DNA of 63,910 bases, the filler included, from Neoconidiobolus thromboides FSU 785 (taxonomy: Eukaryota; Fungi; Entomophthoromycota), in the NCBI GenBank assembly GCA_025603075.1. It is 6 parts of 6 records of this genome, joined end to end, with 100 filler letters (N's around TTAATTAATTAA, not from the genome) between each part and the next. Parts side by side here need not be neighbours in the genome. Positions count along the whole stretch, not along the records: positions 44,921 to 56,852 come from MU626638.1; positions 56,953 to 61,334 come from MU626788.1; 4 more parts are not named here. One strand, written 5' to 3'. Below the pieces are notes generated by a model. It was not told where the DNA came from. It saw nothing but the letters and a program-made list of their open reading frames with translations, and made no database searches. Below, in pieces: positions 48,209 to 58,810 of the stretch (positions within the stretch are counted from its first letter, which is position 1; each line of letters opens with the position of its first letter). The position numbers and the translations under genes were made by a program.

Positions 48209-51200
48209 ATATATACTTTTTTCTTAATGAAAAGTATATGTTTATATGTTCAAATAAGCATAATCACATAAAAGCATAAAAACGAATCAACCAAGATCAA
48301 ACCTTTCTATTTTTTTAATAATGCTCGTTAAATCTTATTATTTAAATTATTATTTATACCACTCTTGGAGACAACACCTTCGCTTCTGTTTGTTGTTTTA
48401 TATCTATACTATTATTGCATATTAATTCACAAAACCAAGCCAAAGAAAATCAATAATAAAACATAAACTTCAAAACAGCGGTAGATAAAAAAGATACACA
48501 TATCCATAGAAGTAAAAAAATGCCCTAATAAATATTGTCGGATGTTTTGCAAAAAACAACTATTATTTTCTCTTTTTATAGCTACTATGTCGGAAAAAAT
48601 TAAAGATAAACTCAACAAGCTTGTTTTCTATTGATTAATAACTTATTATTTATGATCACTACTAATGTACCTTCGTCTGTTTTTTGATTAAACTCCTGAG
48701 TTTCACCAAGGTGTTACTTTAATGACTTCACGTAATCATTAAATATATCTATAGTTACCTGTCAGATTGAAAGTGAGAGGAGAATACGAAACATCATATG
48801 TAGAAAGGATAGAGGCCTTCTTGTCGTTTTTTTGGTGATTTAAGAATATTACGTACGTTATTTTTGTCTAATTTTCACAACTATAATAACTTTAGAGGAT
48901 TGCCATAATCCTTCATGCCACACTCAGGAAAATTCATCAATGAAACATTTTTGTTATGTGTTCATAAATATGTATCAATACTCTCTTTTAAAGAAACTTA
49001 CTCTTTGACGTCTCAACACATTTTTATTGGACCTCATTTTTTATTAATGTCAACTTAATATTAAATATGCCTGTTTTCTCCAACTTCTATATACTGAAAA
49101 CGTGTGAACTATAAACCTAGGAGACATATACCACTAATGAAACTCTTTACTTCTATTTAACTCAATATAACTATTATTTAATATCTGTACTCTAACGATA
49201 ATATCCATATCTTTATGTCTTTCATTTATTAAATTTTCAATCTACCTTTATATCATTTATTTATCTGTATATATTTACTTTGAATGCTATAGGCTACCGA
49301 AACTGTAGTTTGAAATAGCTTACCTTTGTAGTTTTCGGGCTAATAACTTGAAAGACAAGTATGATATTGCTTGGTTATGTATATAATTAAACTTTGGGAG
49401 CTATCATGTTAATTAATTTAACACATCTTTGGGTTTTTAAGCTTCATATCAGATCTCTTTTTATTTCGATATTTATTCATAGTTTTTCCAATTCCGCCGT
49501 TGTATAAAAAAGGAAAAAAAGAGAAAAGACATTCTTATTTTTTATATTTAAATTTATATAAACGAGAGGAGATTAGTATTATTGATTTCCTTACAAATTA
49601 AAAAATTGGATTACAAAGATAACCAATAGTATTAAATTATTTTAATTAACTATAGTTTATATTGTAGATGGATTATAGCTTAAAACCTATTGTTTATTAT
49701 AAAAATATTATAAAATAACAATGCAAATTATTATCAATTGTTTATTAACTATCAGGTATGAAAAAGTTGTTTATATTTGAGTAACATTTACAGCTAAAAG
49801 AACTTTAACCATAAGAATAATATGTTATTTAGAAAACAGTTATCAAAAGAGTTATAATTTTTTACAAATATTTATATAGTTTAGCTACGGAATTTAAAGG
49901 TGGTGCAAATCATTTTGCGCTATATACCCCGACTTTGATTTCAAGTGTTTTTATAAAAAGTCATTTAAAACAAGCTCGCTATAGTATAGTAAATAGTCTA
50001 AAATTTAAAATTTGACACGTTGTGATATTAAAGAATTTAGTAACTATTTACCGAGTCACTATAAAGAAAAAGAAAAAAATATAAATAAGCTAAAGCGGGA
50101 AGGTAAGATTAACCGATAAATGGGCTTTAATGTATATAAGTAAACTTTAATTGGCTATTTAATCCAGCCTATTTAAGTATGAACAAAATTAATTTAAATT
50201 AAAGAATTAATGGCGACATTCACAACAACTTAAAAAAGCTATATTTGGACCTATGTTATTGCACCATCAATACTGTTCGTGTTCTTTATATTATCCAGTT
50301 AAATCGAATTAATTGTTATTTATTTATATATTGGGATTAAAATTTAAAAATTATTGGTGTGGATATTCTTATAATAATTATGATAAATTTTAAGTTTTAA
50401 GTATGCTTACTATACAGTGTCATAATTATATAAAAGTATGAAACAATTCAGAATGAAAAAACAAAATATAAAACTAGGGGAGAAATAAATATATGATAGA
50501 AGAGCATGTTTATTTTTAAAAACTATAAAGATCTTGAATAAATTTCCTATAAATCTCCGATCCCACTACGCAAAGTCAATATACGCTATATTTTGCTATA
50601 CTTTAATCATCATGATATAGGATAGCTATACACTATATTATAAAAATACTACACTTTAATTTATTTAGTATATTTTAATAAATACAATATAAATATATAA
50701 ATATTTGTTATGACGTGTTAAATTTTTTATATTTGAAGTTTAAATTATCTTAAATATATGTGATACAATTTTATTGACGACTGTAATATCATCTTATTTT
50801 TCAACATAATCATATACAATACAACAATACAAACTTAATATAAATACATCCTTCCCTAAAGGTGTATAGATAAAGGAATGAAGGCTTTGTAGGCCATTCA
50901 TAGCGGGTCTTATTTTATATACGATGACATCATGTAGTATCTTCGTCTTTAAATTATATTTAATGCTCATCTAAGTTAGAAAGACCTGATATCTATGTCA
51001 AATATATAAAAAACAATATAGTATATGTAGATACCAAATAATTAAGCTTACCTCTTAGACCTATCACATCGAAATAATATATATTATATAGAAAGGCTTA
51101 TTGTAAAGATCGATTTTAATAGATATCATAAAATCCTGCTTACTTAACTAATTGTACATATATGTTTAGATTTAAAAATATTTTACATAATTCACATAAC

Positions 51201-51520
51201 ATTGTTATCTACAAGTAATGAGACAAATTTAGAAATAAATGACAATTGAATACGCTAATTCAATCATTAAGACAACAATGAAACCTAGAAGAGGTAGAGA
51301 AAAAATTAAGGAGTATACGAATTATGAGGTATAAGAGACAAATAATAAAAAAAGGTTTAAATAGTAAAATAAGATCCCGAGAACAATTAAAAACAATAAC
51401 TTTTGTATTATATTTGACATCAATTGAAAGAAGATAAGCTAATTGCAATGCTAGAATAATCCAGCTATATAATCAACTTATTTGTTTTTAATTCCAATCG
51501 GAAACAATAGGCTTCTAAAG

Positions 51521-52711
51521 TTATTGTTCCTCTTCTGAATCTTCCATTCTATCTTCATTTGGGTCCTCTGGTATCACATTCTCGTCATGGGCCAATCCTA
51601 CACTCTCATTTCCTTGATTACAATTTTCCACCCTTTTTTTACATCTTGTACTATTATAATGACGTAACAATATATCTCTTCTTGAGAAGGACTTATTACA
51701 ATATTCACAATGAAAGCTTTTGATACCAGTATGCAATTTCTCATGGCGTCGCAAACTATTCTTTCTACCAAAATTCATATTACATCTTTCACATCGAAAT
51801 ATCTTTTTAGGAGGCAATGGTCGGAGCTCATCGATCTTGATAGGTATACTCTTCGAATCTTTGAAAAAATTCGCGTTCGTATTTTCAAAGACAATTGGGG
51901 CAGGTTTAATATTATCAAAAACGTTTAATCCATTCTTGTTGATATCAAAGACAATAGATGTAGGTGTAATGTTTTCAAAGACATTCATTGTCTTTTTGGC
52001 ACTGTCAAAGATGGTATGAGCTTTATTGTTATCATTGAATATACTAGACCCATTATTAGTATCATTAAAAATGACTGGCGCGTTTTGGGGGTCATTATAA
52101 ACGGCGGGGATGTTATTAATGAAAAGCTTATTATCCATACGGTCAGATAAAGATTCTATTTCACTAAAAGGTGGCAAAGTGGTGACAGGATTATTAGCTG
52201 CGGAACGAAATCTAAGCGGTGGGAGTTCTGCAGCTGGGTTTATATATGGCTTAGGTAAAAAGTCAAGTGGTGAAGGGACATTTTGGTAATAACTGAATTT
52301 ATTGTTCTCAGATTTTGGTGAGGTCACTAAAATTATAATATTAATAAATTATTATTTTGAAGTCTATTAAATCAACAATAATTATATTTAAATTGATAGC
52401 TTTTTTGTCAAAGACTTACATGAATCAATTGCCATTTGATCAATATGATCTCTTGTCCTAATATAATTATTGAGAGGATTGTAATAATTAATTGGTGGGT
52501 CAATAGGGTGTGGCCTTGAACCAAAATCAACGCTGCCCCTTTGCCTTATATACCTTTGGTCATAAACAAATTGCGTTTGTTGACTTGGACTAGTAATCAT
52601 CATCGGAGAATGATTATGAGAAAACGAATGTGAGCGTACATTGGGTTGATGTTGTGAGGTTGTAGGAAGATCTGGCGGAGAAGAGTTTCGATCATATTTT
52701 TTTTTATCCAT
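51521..52711 (-). CDS. C2H2 zinc-finger transcription factor, 2 coding exons
   Basis: Exon 52711-52420, intron GTAAGT...TTAG, exon 52326-51521 in frame. Fingers CERCNMNFGRKNSLRRHEKLH-TGIKSF-HCEYCNKSFSRRDILLRH. Confidence 0.88.
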
Positions 52712-54153
52712 TGTTGGTTGAAACTATAGACAGAAAGCAAAATTAGATGATTGAAACGCCCGAAGGCGCGTTAATTGAATAGAATATAAACTTTTCTCTT
52801 TTTTAGAAAAAAAAGATAAGCTTTATAAAAAGGATTGATCACAAAAACTTCAAAAAAACTCAAAACTTTCACCAAAAAATAATTTTGATTTGTAAATTTG
52901 ATACTTTTAATAATTAAATTCCTATGAGTTCGGATCTATTAAGTACTTTACTTATTCAGTAATTATATTGAGTAAATATTTACTAATATGTAAATTTTGA
53001 TGTATCGTTACAATCATTCTTATAATTTTTATTCACAAGTGAAAGTGACGCCAATAAATAATAGGATACTGAAATTTAAATTTTACATTATGAAATAGAG
53101 TATGATTGGAGCAATGTATTAGCAAAACCAACTTTAATCTCACAATACCCCAAATTAAAGATCGATTTAAGAAGTCAGGATGAGCCGTATTACTATATAT
53201 GAATCAAAAATGTTGGAATCATCAATTTCGAAAGTTGTTCTCCATCTAATCTGGGATAGGGATATGTCACATTTATTTAGTATTTTTAATTGGCTAAAAT
53301 AAAACTAATATTTGGTAGCACTATGAAAACAGTATTGTACACAGTGTTTAATATGTAAAGATTTAAATAATATAAAAACTAATTGGCTTACAAATAAATT
53401 GATAATTATCACACTCACATGATGATTATAATATATTCGTTAAGAGGGTATAAATAAATCTATAAATTTTATTATACTATTTGTATTGTAAATAAATACA
53501 TACTAGTTTATAAATTTTTAGATATGAAGATAGGTAACATTAAGGTTTATAAGATTTATTCATACTCAAAGTTTCTTTTAATATTTTACAGCTATGTTAT
53601 AAATCTATAAAATCTAGAATGTAATGATAAAAAACGGCTATTATAGGAATGAATATTTAATTCGGTTTATTGATTGATTTGATATAAAAAGTAAATTTTT
53701 ATTCGCATTAGATTCAACACATGCTATTGGTCGTACTATATTTATTCGGCATTGTTAAAAATACACTTTATTTAAAATAAATCTAAGTATTATGTGATAT
53801 ATACTCTATTTACGCTAAATAAAAATAAAACTATCTTAATAAGCAAAGCTGTCTTTTAAAAATCGGGTTAAAATAAACATTTAACTTATTATATTAAATC
53901 ATTAGTTTTTTATTTTACACTTGTTTTTTTTAATTGTATTTAATAGGTAATTTTAATCTAAATTTGCACCTTTAAAAGCAGGTTATTTAAATTAGCAGCC
54001 ATTATTCCAAGCTTCTAAAGCTCTAAAATTAGTTTATAAAGCTTAATTTAAACATGATATTTGTGTAACGTATGGACTAGTTTGTATTAAAGCACCTATT
54101 TTTCAATTTTGTTTACTGTAAGTTTTATTGATTAAGGATAAAAATATACATAT

Positions 54154-54770
54154 AGAGATGTCCGAGTTAGTTTCATTTTTTTATCCAATTTTTAAATATT
54201 TTTTATATTTTAAAACTGCTTAGAATTCTCTAAAAATAAATTCTTTAAAACCAAAAGTACCCGCACAGTTTTAAATTGTTTTACTATAACTCATATTGTA
54301 AGTTAACAGAATTTCTACTAGATTAATAGAAATTCCCGGATTAGCAAGACTTTTTTACTAATATAATCTACATACTGATATTGACCAAAGTTGTAATATG
54401 TAAATAAATAAATATTTTTATAAAATTTTATTAAAGAATATTTATTATTAACTCCTTCATAGTCAACATTCCAAATTTGCTATCAAATAAACAAATTGTT
54501 TTAATATTATAATTGCATTATTGATGTGTTACTAAATTAATAAATAGCTGTATGGAAGGGAATAGTCAGCCTCAAAACTAATTATTCTTATATAATATAA
54601 ATAATATAATAATAGTTTATATTTATTATTACAGCTACTTACTTTTTGGCTATTTATTAATTTAACTATTAATAATTTGAGTAATATTAACATTTAATGA
54701 TTTTTTATTATTTAATAAATTACTTGCTTAGTAAATATTGAAATTTAAATTTTCTGTTATTTTTATAAAA
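54154..54770 (-). mobile_element. Decayed right-end copy of the Sola-like element
   Basis: ATAT-AGAGATGTCCGAGTTAGTTTCA terminus; colinear with 43469-44100. Confidence 0.8.
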
Positions 54771-54787
54771 TAAGTTGGGGTTGATTT

Positions 54788-54886
54788 GGGAGTGTTTTTT
54801 TTTTTTGACTTTGTTTTTTCCATTTTTTAAGCACTATTTGAGTGGAAAGATTGTAGTAAAATTCTTAAACAAAAAAACACATCCCC
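54788..54886 (-). mobile_element. ~99-bp MITE copy
   Basis: Flanks ATTT/ATGT. Confidence 0.9.
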
Positions 54887-54935
54887 ATGTTTGTAAATAA
54901 AAATGTTAAATTTTCGAATTAATTGGTTAATATCT

Positions 54936-54975
54936 GGGGATGTATTTTTTGATTTCATTACTTTTCCATTTTTTA
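54936..54975 (-). mobile_element. MITE fragment
   Basis: GGGGATGTATTTTTTGATTTCATTACTTTTCCATTTT. Confidence 0.65.
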
Positions 54976-55392
54976 TTTTATTTACTGTTTTAAAACTATT
55001 TTTCTACCATAAAAATTTCTAGAATGTTTATTAGTTATTTTTTTTATAATACTCAGCAAAAAAATTAAGCTCAATATTTAAATTACTATTTTGGAAACTT
55101 ATTTGAATATATAATATGAAAACTTTCAAGGTTTGAAATAGTCTTTTATATCTGCCTGTATATTGATTTCTATGAACTTTTTAAATAAAAGAGTTTTTTA
55201 AATATTAAACTGATTAAATAGCTTCTTGCATATACTGAGTTATAATTTAATATTTTAAATAGATAGTCAAAATAAGCTCTTTATTTATTATTTTGTTATT
55301 TTTTAAATATAAAGCATTAAGCTTTAACTTTAATATAGCTTGTTTATTATAACAATATAAATTTATTAAATTTTATCTTATTTTTATTTTTA

Positions 55393-55857
55393 TGTGAAAC
55401 ATCGCTTTATCAGTTCCATGATCAACCAATACATAATAATCATTTAAGTTGTTGTGTTCTCAAGTCCAGAGACAATCAATCTCACATCCTTAGTTTGATT
55501 TACTATGCAAATTTCTAACTTCATTCCAAAGAATGTTAATCCTCTCGTTTTGATATCTATACTTCTCAGAGTATAAAAGAGATTTTAAAATATGATAATT
55601 TGAGACTTTTTAATTGAATTATTCCCTGACATCTCATACATTTAATAAAATCACTAAGTTTTCTTAATAGTAATTTACGTAGATTTTATAATAGTACTAT
55701 CTATTCCATTTGTCTTACATAGTCTGTAGCCTATTACGTGCTATTGTTTATAATTCAAATCTATCTTAGTCACACAAACTAAGACCTTTCGACTTATAGC
55801 TAGTCAACCAAATAAGAACTGCTTCTGACTCCAACCACTGAGTAACCAGGTTTCATA
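55393..55857 (+). mobile_element. Full-length ~465-bp solo-LTR-like repeat
   Basis: TGTGAAA...TTTCA(T)A termini (TG...CA type); four copies in the window; no clear TSD; strand arbitrary. Confidence 0.7.
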
Positions 55858-55861
55858 AAAT

Positions 55862-55958
55862 GGGGATGGATTTTTTTTGTTCAAGAATTTTATTAACAAT
55901 CTTTCCACTAAATAGCGCTTAAAAAAATGGAAAAGATGAAATCAGAAAAAACATCCCC
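55862..55958 (+). mobile_element. ~99-bp MITE copy
   Basis: TSD AAAT/AAAT; inserted immediately beside the LTR end. Confidence 0.9.
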
Positions 55959-56028
55959 AAATATTATATAACAATTTTGATTTGCTTATTTTCGATTTTT
56001 TTATATTTTTAATGATAAGTTATCATAT

Positions 56029-56127
56029 GGGGATGTATTTTTGTGTTTAAAAATTTTGCTAGTAATTTTTCCACTCAAATAGTGCTTAAAAGATAGAAAA
56101 AGTAATGAAGTTAAAAAAAACATCCCC
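56029..56127 (+). mobile_element. ~99-bp MITE copy
   Basis: TSD ATAT/ATAT. Confidence 0.92.
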
Positions 56128-56322
56128 ATATCTTATTATTATAATTACTTTTATACTAATTTTTACTTACACTAAATCTAAAAACCTTACATTTATCAAA
56201 AAAACACCAGTTGTAATTGATAATAATGATACTTATTAGCTTTTATGCTTTGTTTTTTTTAAAAGCACTAATTTTATACATTGGTTGATTAAGTTTGTTA
56301 TTAATCATAATAAACTTTATAT

Positions 56323-56421
56323 GGGGCTGTTTTTTTTGGTTTCATTACTTTTTCTATCTTTTAAGCAGTATTTAAATGGAAAATTTGTTAGTAAAATTCT
56401 TGAATATAAAAATACATCCTC
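56323..56421 (-). mobile_element. ~99-bp MITE copy
   Basis: Flanks ATAT/ATCT. Confidence 0.88.
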
Positions 56422-56624
56422 ATCTGTATTTCTTTCATTATAAAATTCCATAAATTCTGAGTTATTATACATAGTTATTAAAATCAATGTAAACGAATTA
56501 TGATATTTATATAATGTATTTCTTATATTGAAATTTTTAAAAATTTTGATTTAGAGTTTAGTTATAAAAGCTTACACTTTGTTTTTATTTTAATAAAAAA
56601 CAAAGTCAAACAACTATATGTGGG

Positions 56625-56852
56625 TGTGAAATATCGCTTTGTCAGTCCCATGGTTAATTACAACATAACAATCGCCTAACCTGTTGTGTTCTCGAGCTCA
56701 GAGGAAATCAATCCCATGTTCTTATTTTGATTTGTTATGAGAATTTCTAGCTCCATTCAAAAGAATATTGTCTTCTCATTTTGATATTTATACTTTTCAG
56801 AGTATAAAAGAGTTTACAGAGTATAATAGTTCGAGGCTTTTTAACTGAATTA
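56625..56852 (+). mobile_element. Partial LTR-like repeat (cut by gap)
   Basis: TGTGAAATATCGCTTTGTCAGTCCCATGG...; colinear with 55393-55620. Confidence 0.75.
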
Positions 56853-56952
56853 NNNNNNNNNNNNNNNNNNNNNNNNNNNNNNNNNNNNNNNNNNNNTTAA
56901 TTAATTAANNNNNNNNNNNNNNNNNNNNNNNNNNNNNNNNNNNNNNNNNNNN

Positions 56953-57250
56953 TCCTAGAAAGCTATATTGATGCTAATATGATGATACCATTTGGTCTGA
57001 CTGTAGACACTGAATGGGAACTATTAGAACAAAAAGATAAAGAATTTACTGAAGATCGATTTCAATCTATGGAGATGTATTTTTATGTTTAAGAATCTTA
57101 CTAACAAATTTTTCGCTCAAATAGTGCTTAAAAGATGGAAAAAGTGATGAAGCCAAAAAAAAACACCTTTCTATATTAAACCTTCATGATGGATATGCTA
57201 CAGGTTTCCCTATCAACTCAAAGTATGGACCATTTGCTTTAAAAAATTAA
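56953..57250 (+). pseudogene. 3' end of an ORF interrupted by a MITE
   Basis: Removing the MITE and one CTAT restores LESYIDANMMIPFGLTVDTEWELL...FQSILNLHDGYATGFPINSKYGPFALKN*. Confidence 0.55.
57071..57170 (+). mobile_element. ~99-bp MITE copy
   Basis: TSD CTAT/CTAT. Confidence 0.88.
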
Positions 57251-58449
57251 TGTTACTTATTATGATCAGAATATATGCTCATAAACTTAAAAATAAATTT
57301 TCGTATGATATTAGTTTACATCGCTCCTTTCACATATTTAAAGTGAATTAATTTTAAAAGTAACTATGAGAGGCTATCCTAATTGGTTTCAGAATTTAGA
57401 AATTAATCCAAATTTTAAAATTTTAAATTTGTGTCTAATATGATGGTTAAATCTAAAAAGCCTAAAATTAAATCTCTCTACTTAAACTTATTTTAATTAT
57501 TTCCTTTTCTTAAATAGCTAATTTTCCTAACTATATGTTTTGTTAGTTGTGTTAGATATTTAATAGATATAATATATAACTATATGATTATGTAATTATA
57601 TAAATACAGTTAGTTGACTTTATTTTTCGTTGAAGTAGAAATAAAAATAAAATGCAAACTTTCATAACTAAACATCGAAATGGAATTTTTGAAAATTTCA
57701 TTACAATAGGGAGGAGTACACAATATAAACATTGTAAGTCATTCACATCAATTTTAAGAGCTAATTATAACAATCCAAGGCTTATGTAATTTTATAATAA
57801 AACAAAAAGAGGAAAGATATACTATCAAAGTTTACTATCGATAATAATAAACTTAATCAACCAATGTATAAAATTAGTGCTTTAAGGGAAACAGGAAACA
57901 AAAACCAACAAGTAGCATTATTATCAACTATAGCTTCAGTATATTCTTTTGATGAATGTAAAAATATTGGGTTTAATATAAATAGAAATCAATATGATTA
58001 TTCAAAAATAAGTAATAATAATAAAATATCAACATTACAACTTATTATTAAAAATACAAAAAAAATCAAAGACTAGCAAATTGAAACTATTATACAATAT
58101 TTAATAAATCAATGATATATAGTAAATATTTTAATGATCTAAAAGATAAAGCAGTAGCTAGGTCAACATTTTTTAAATATATACCAAGTGATTTCAAAAA
58201 TCCAGCAAGAAAAACGGATCTATGTAATATATGTGCTCAGTATACAGTTAGAAAAAAGTTATTTGAAAATAAAATAAATACAGCAATTAAAAAACAAAGC
58301 AGAGAGATAGAAGAAATTTTCAATGAAGAAGAAAAATTATACAAATTACATAAATTCTGTGTTGATACTCAAAAAAACACATTTAATGAAACTATTAAAA
58401 AATTAAATAATAGAAGTTGTATAATGATTTTAGATTTTAAACAAAATAT

Positions 58450-58547
58450 GGGGATGTTTTTTTTGTCTTCATTACTTTTTCCATTTTTAAGCACTATTTG
58501 AGTGGAAAGATTATCAGCAAAATTCTTAAACGAAAAAATACATCCTC
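58450..58547 (-). mobile_element. MITE inserted in the transposase
   Basis: TSD ATAT/ATAT; the empty site reads DFKQN-M-EIGTKP. Confidence 0.95.
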
Positions 58548-58711
58548 ATATGGAAATAGGAACAAAACCAGATTCAATAAATTTAGGTCATTATAATAAA
58601 CAAGCTATATCAGTATTAGGTTTTAGTGTTTTATATTTAAAAGATGATAAAACAATAGGCAAAGTTTACTTTGATTATTTATCTGAAATATTGAATCATG
58701 ATTCAGCATAT

Positions 58712-58810
58712 GGGGATGTATCTTTGTGTTTAAGAATTTTACTAACAAATTTTCTGTTCAAATAGTGCTTAAGAAATGGAAAAAGTAATGAAGTCTAAAA
58801 AAACACCCCC
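58712..58810 (+). mobile_element. MITE inserted in the transposase
   Basis: TSD ATAT/ATAT; the empty site reads HDSAY-ARDCL. Confidence 0.95.

Noticed and set aside
242-58810. The 99-bp repeat as a CRISPR array, tRNA or SINE
   Set aside because: It is dispersed rather than regularly spaced, has TIRs and TSDs, and shows no cloverleaf, A/B boxes or poly-A tail.
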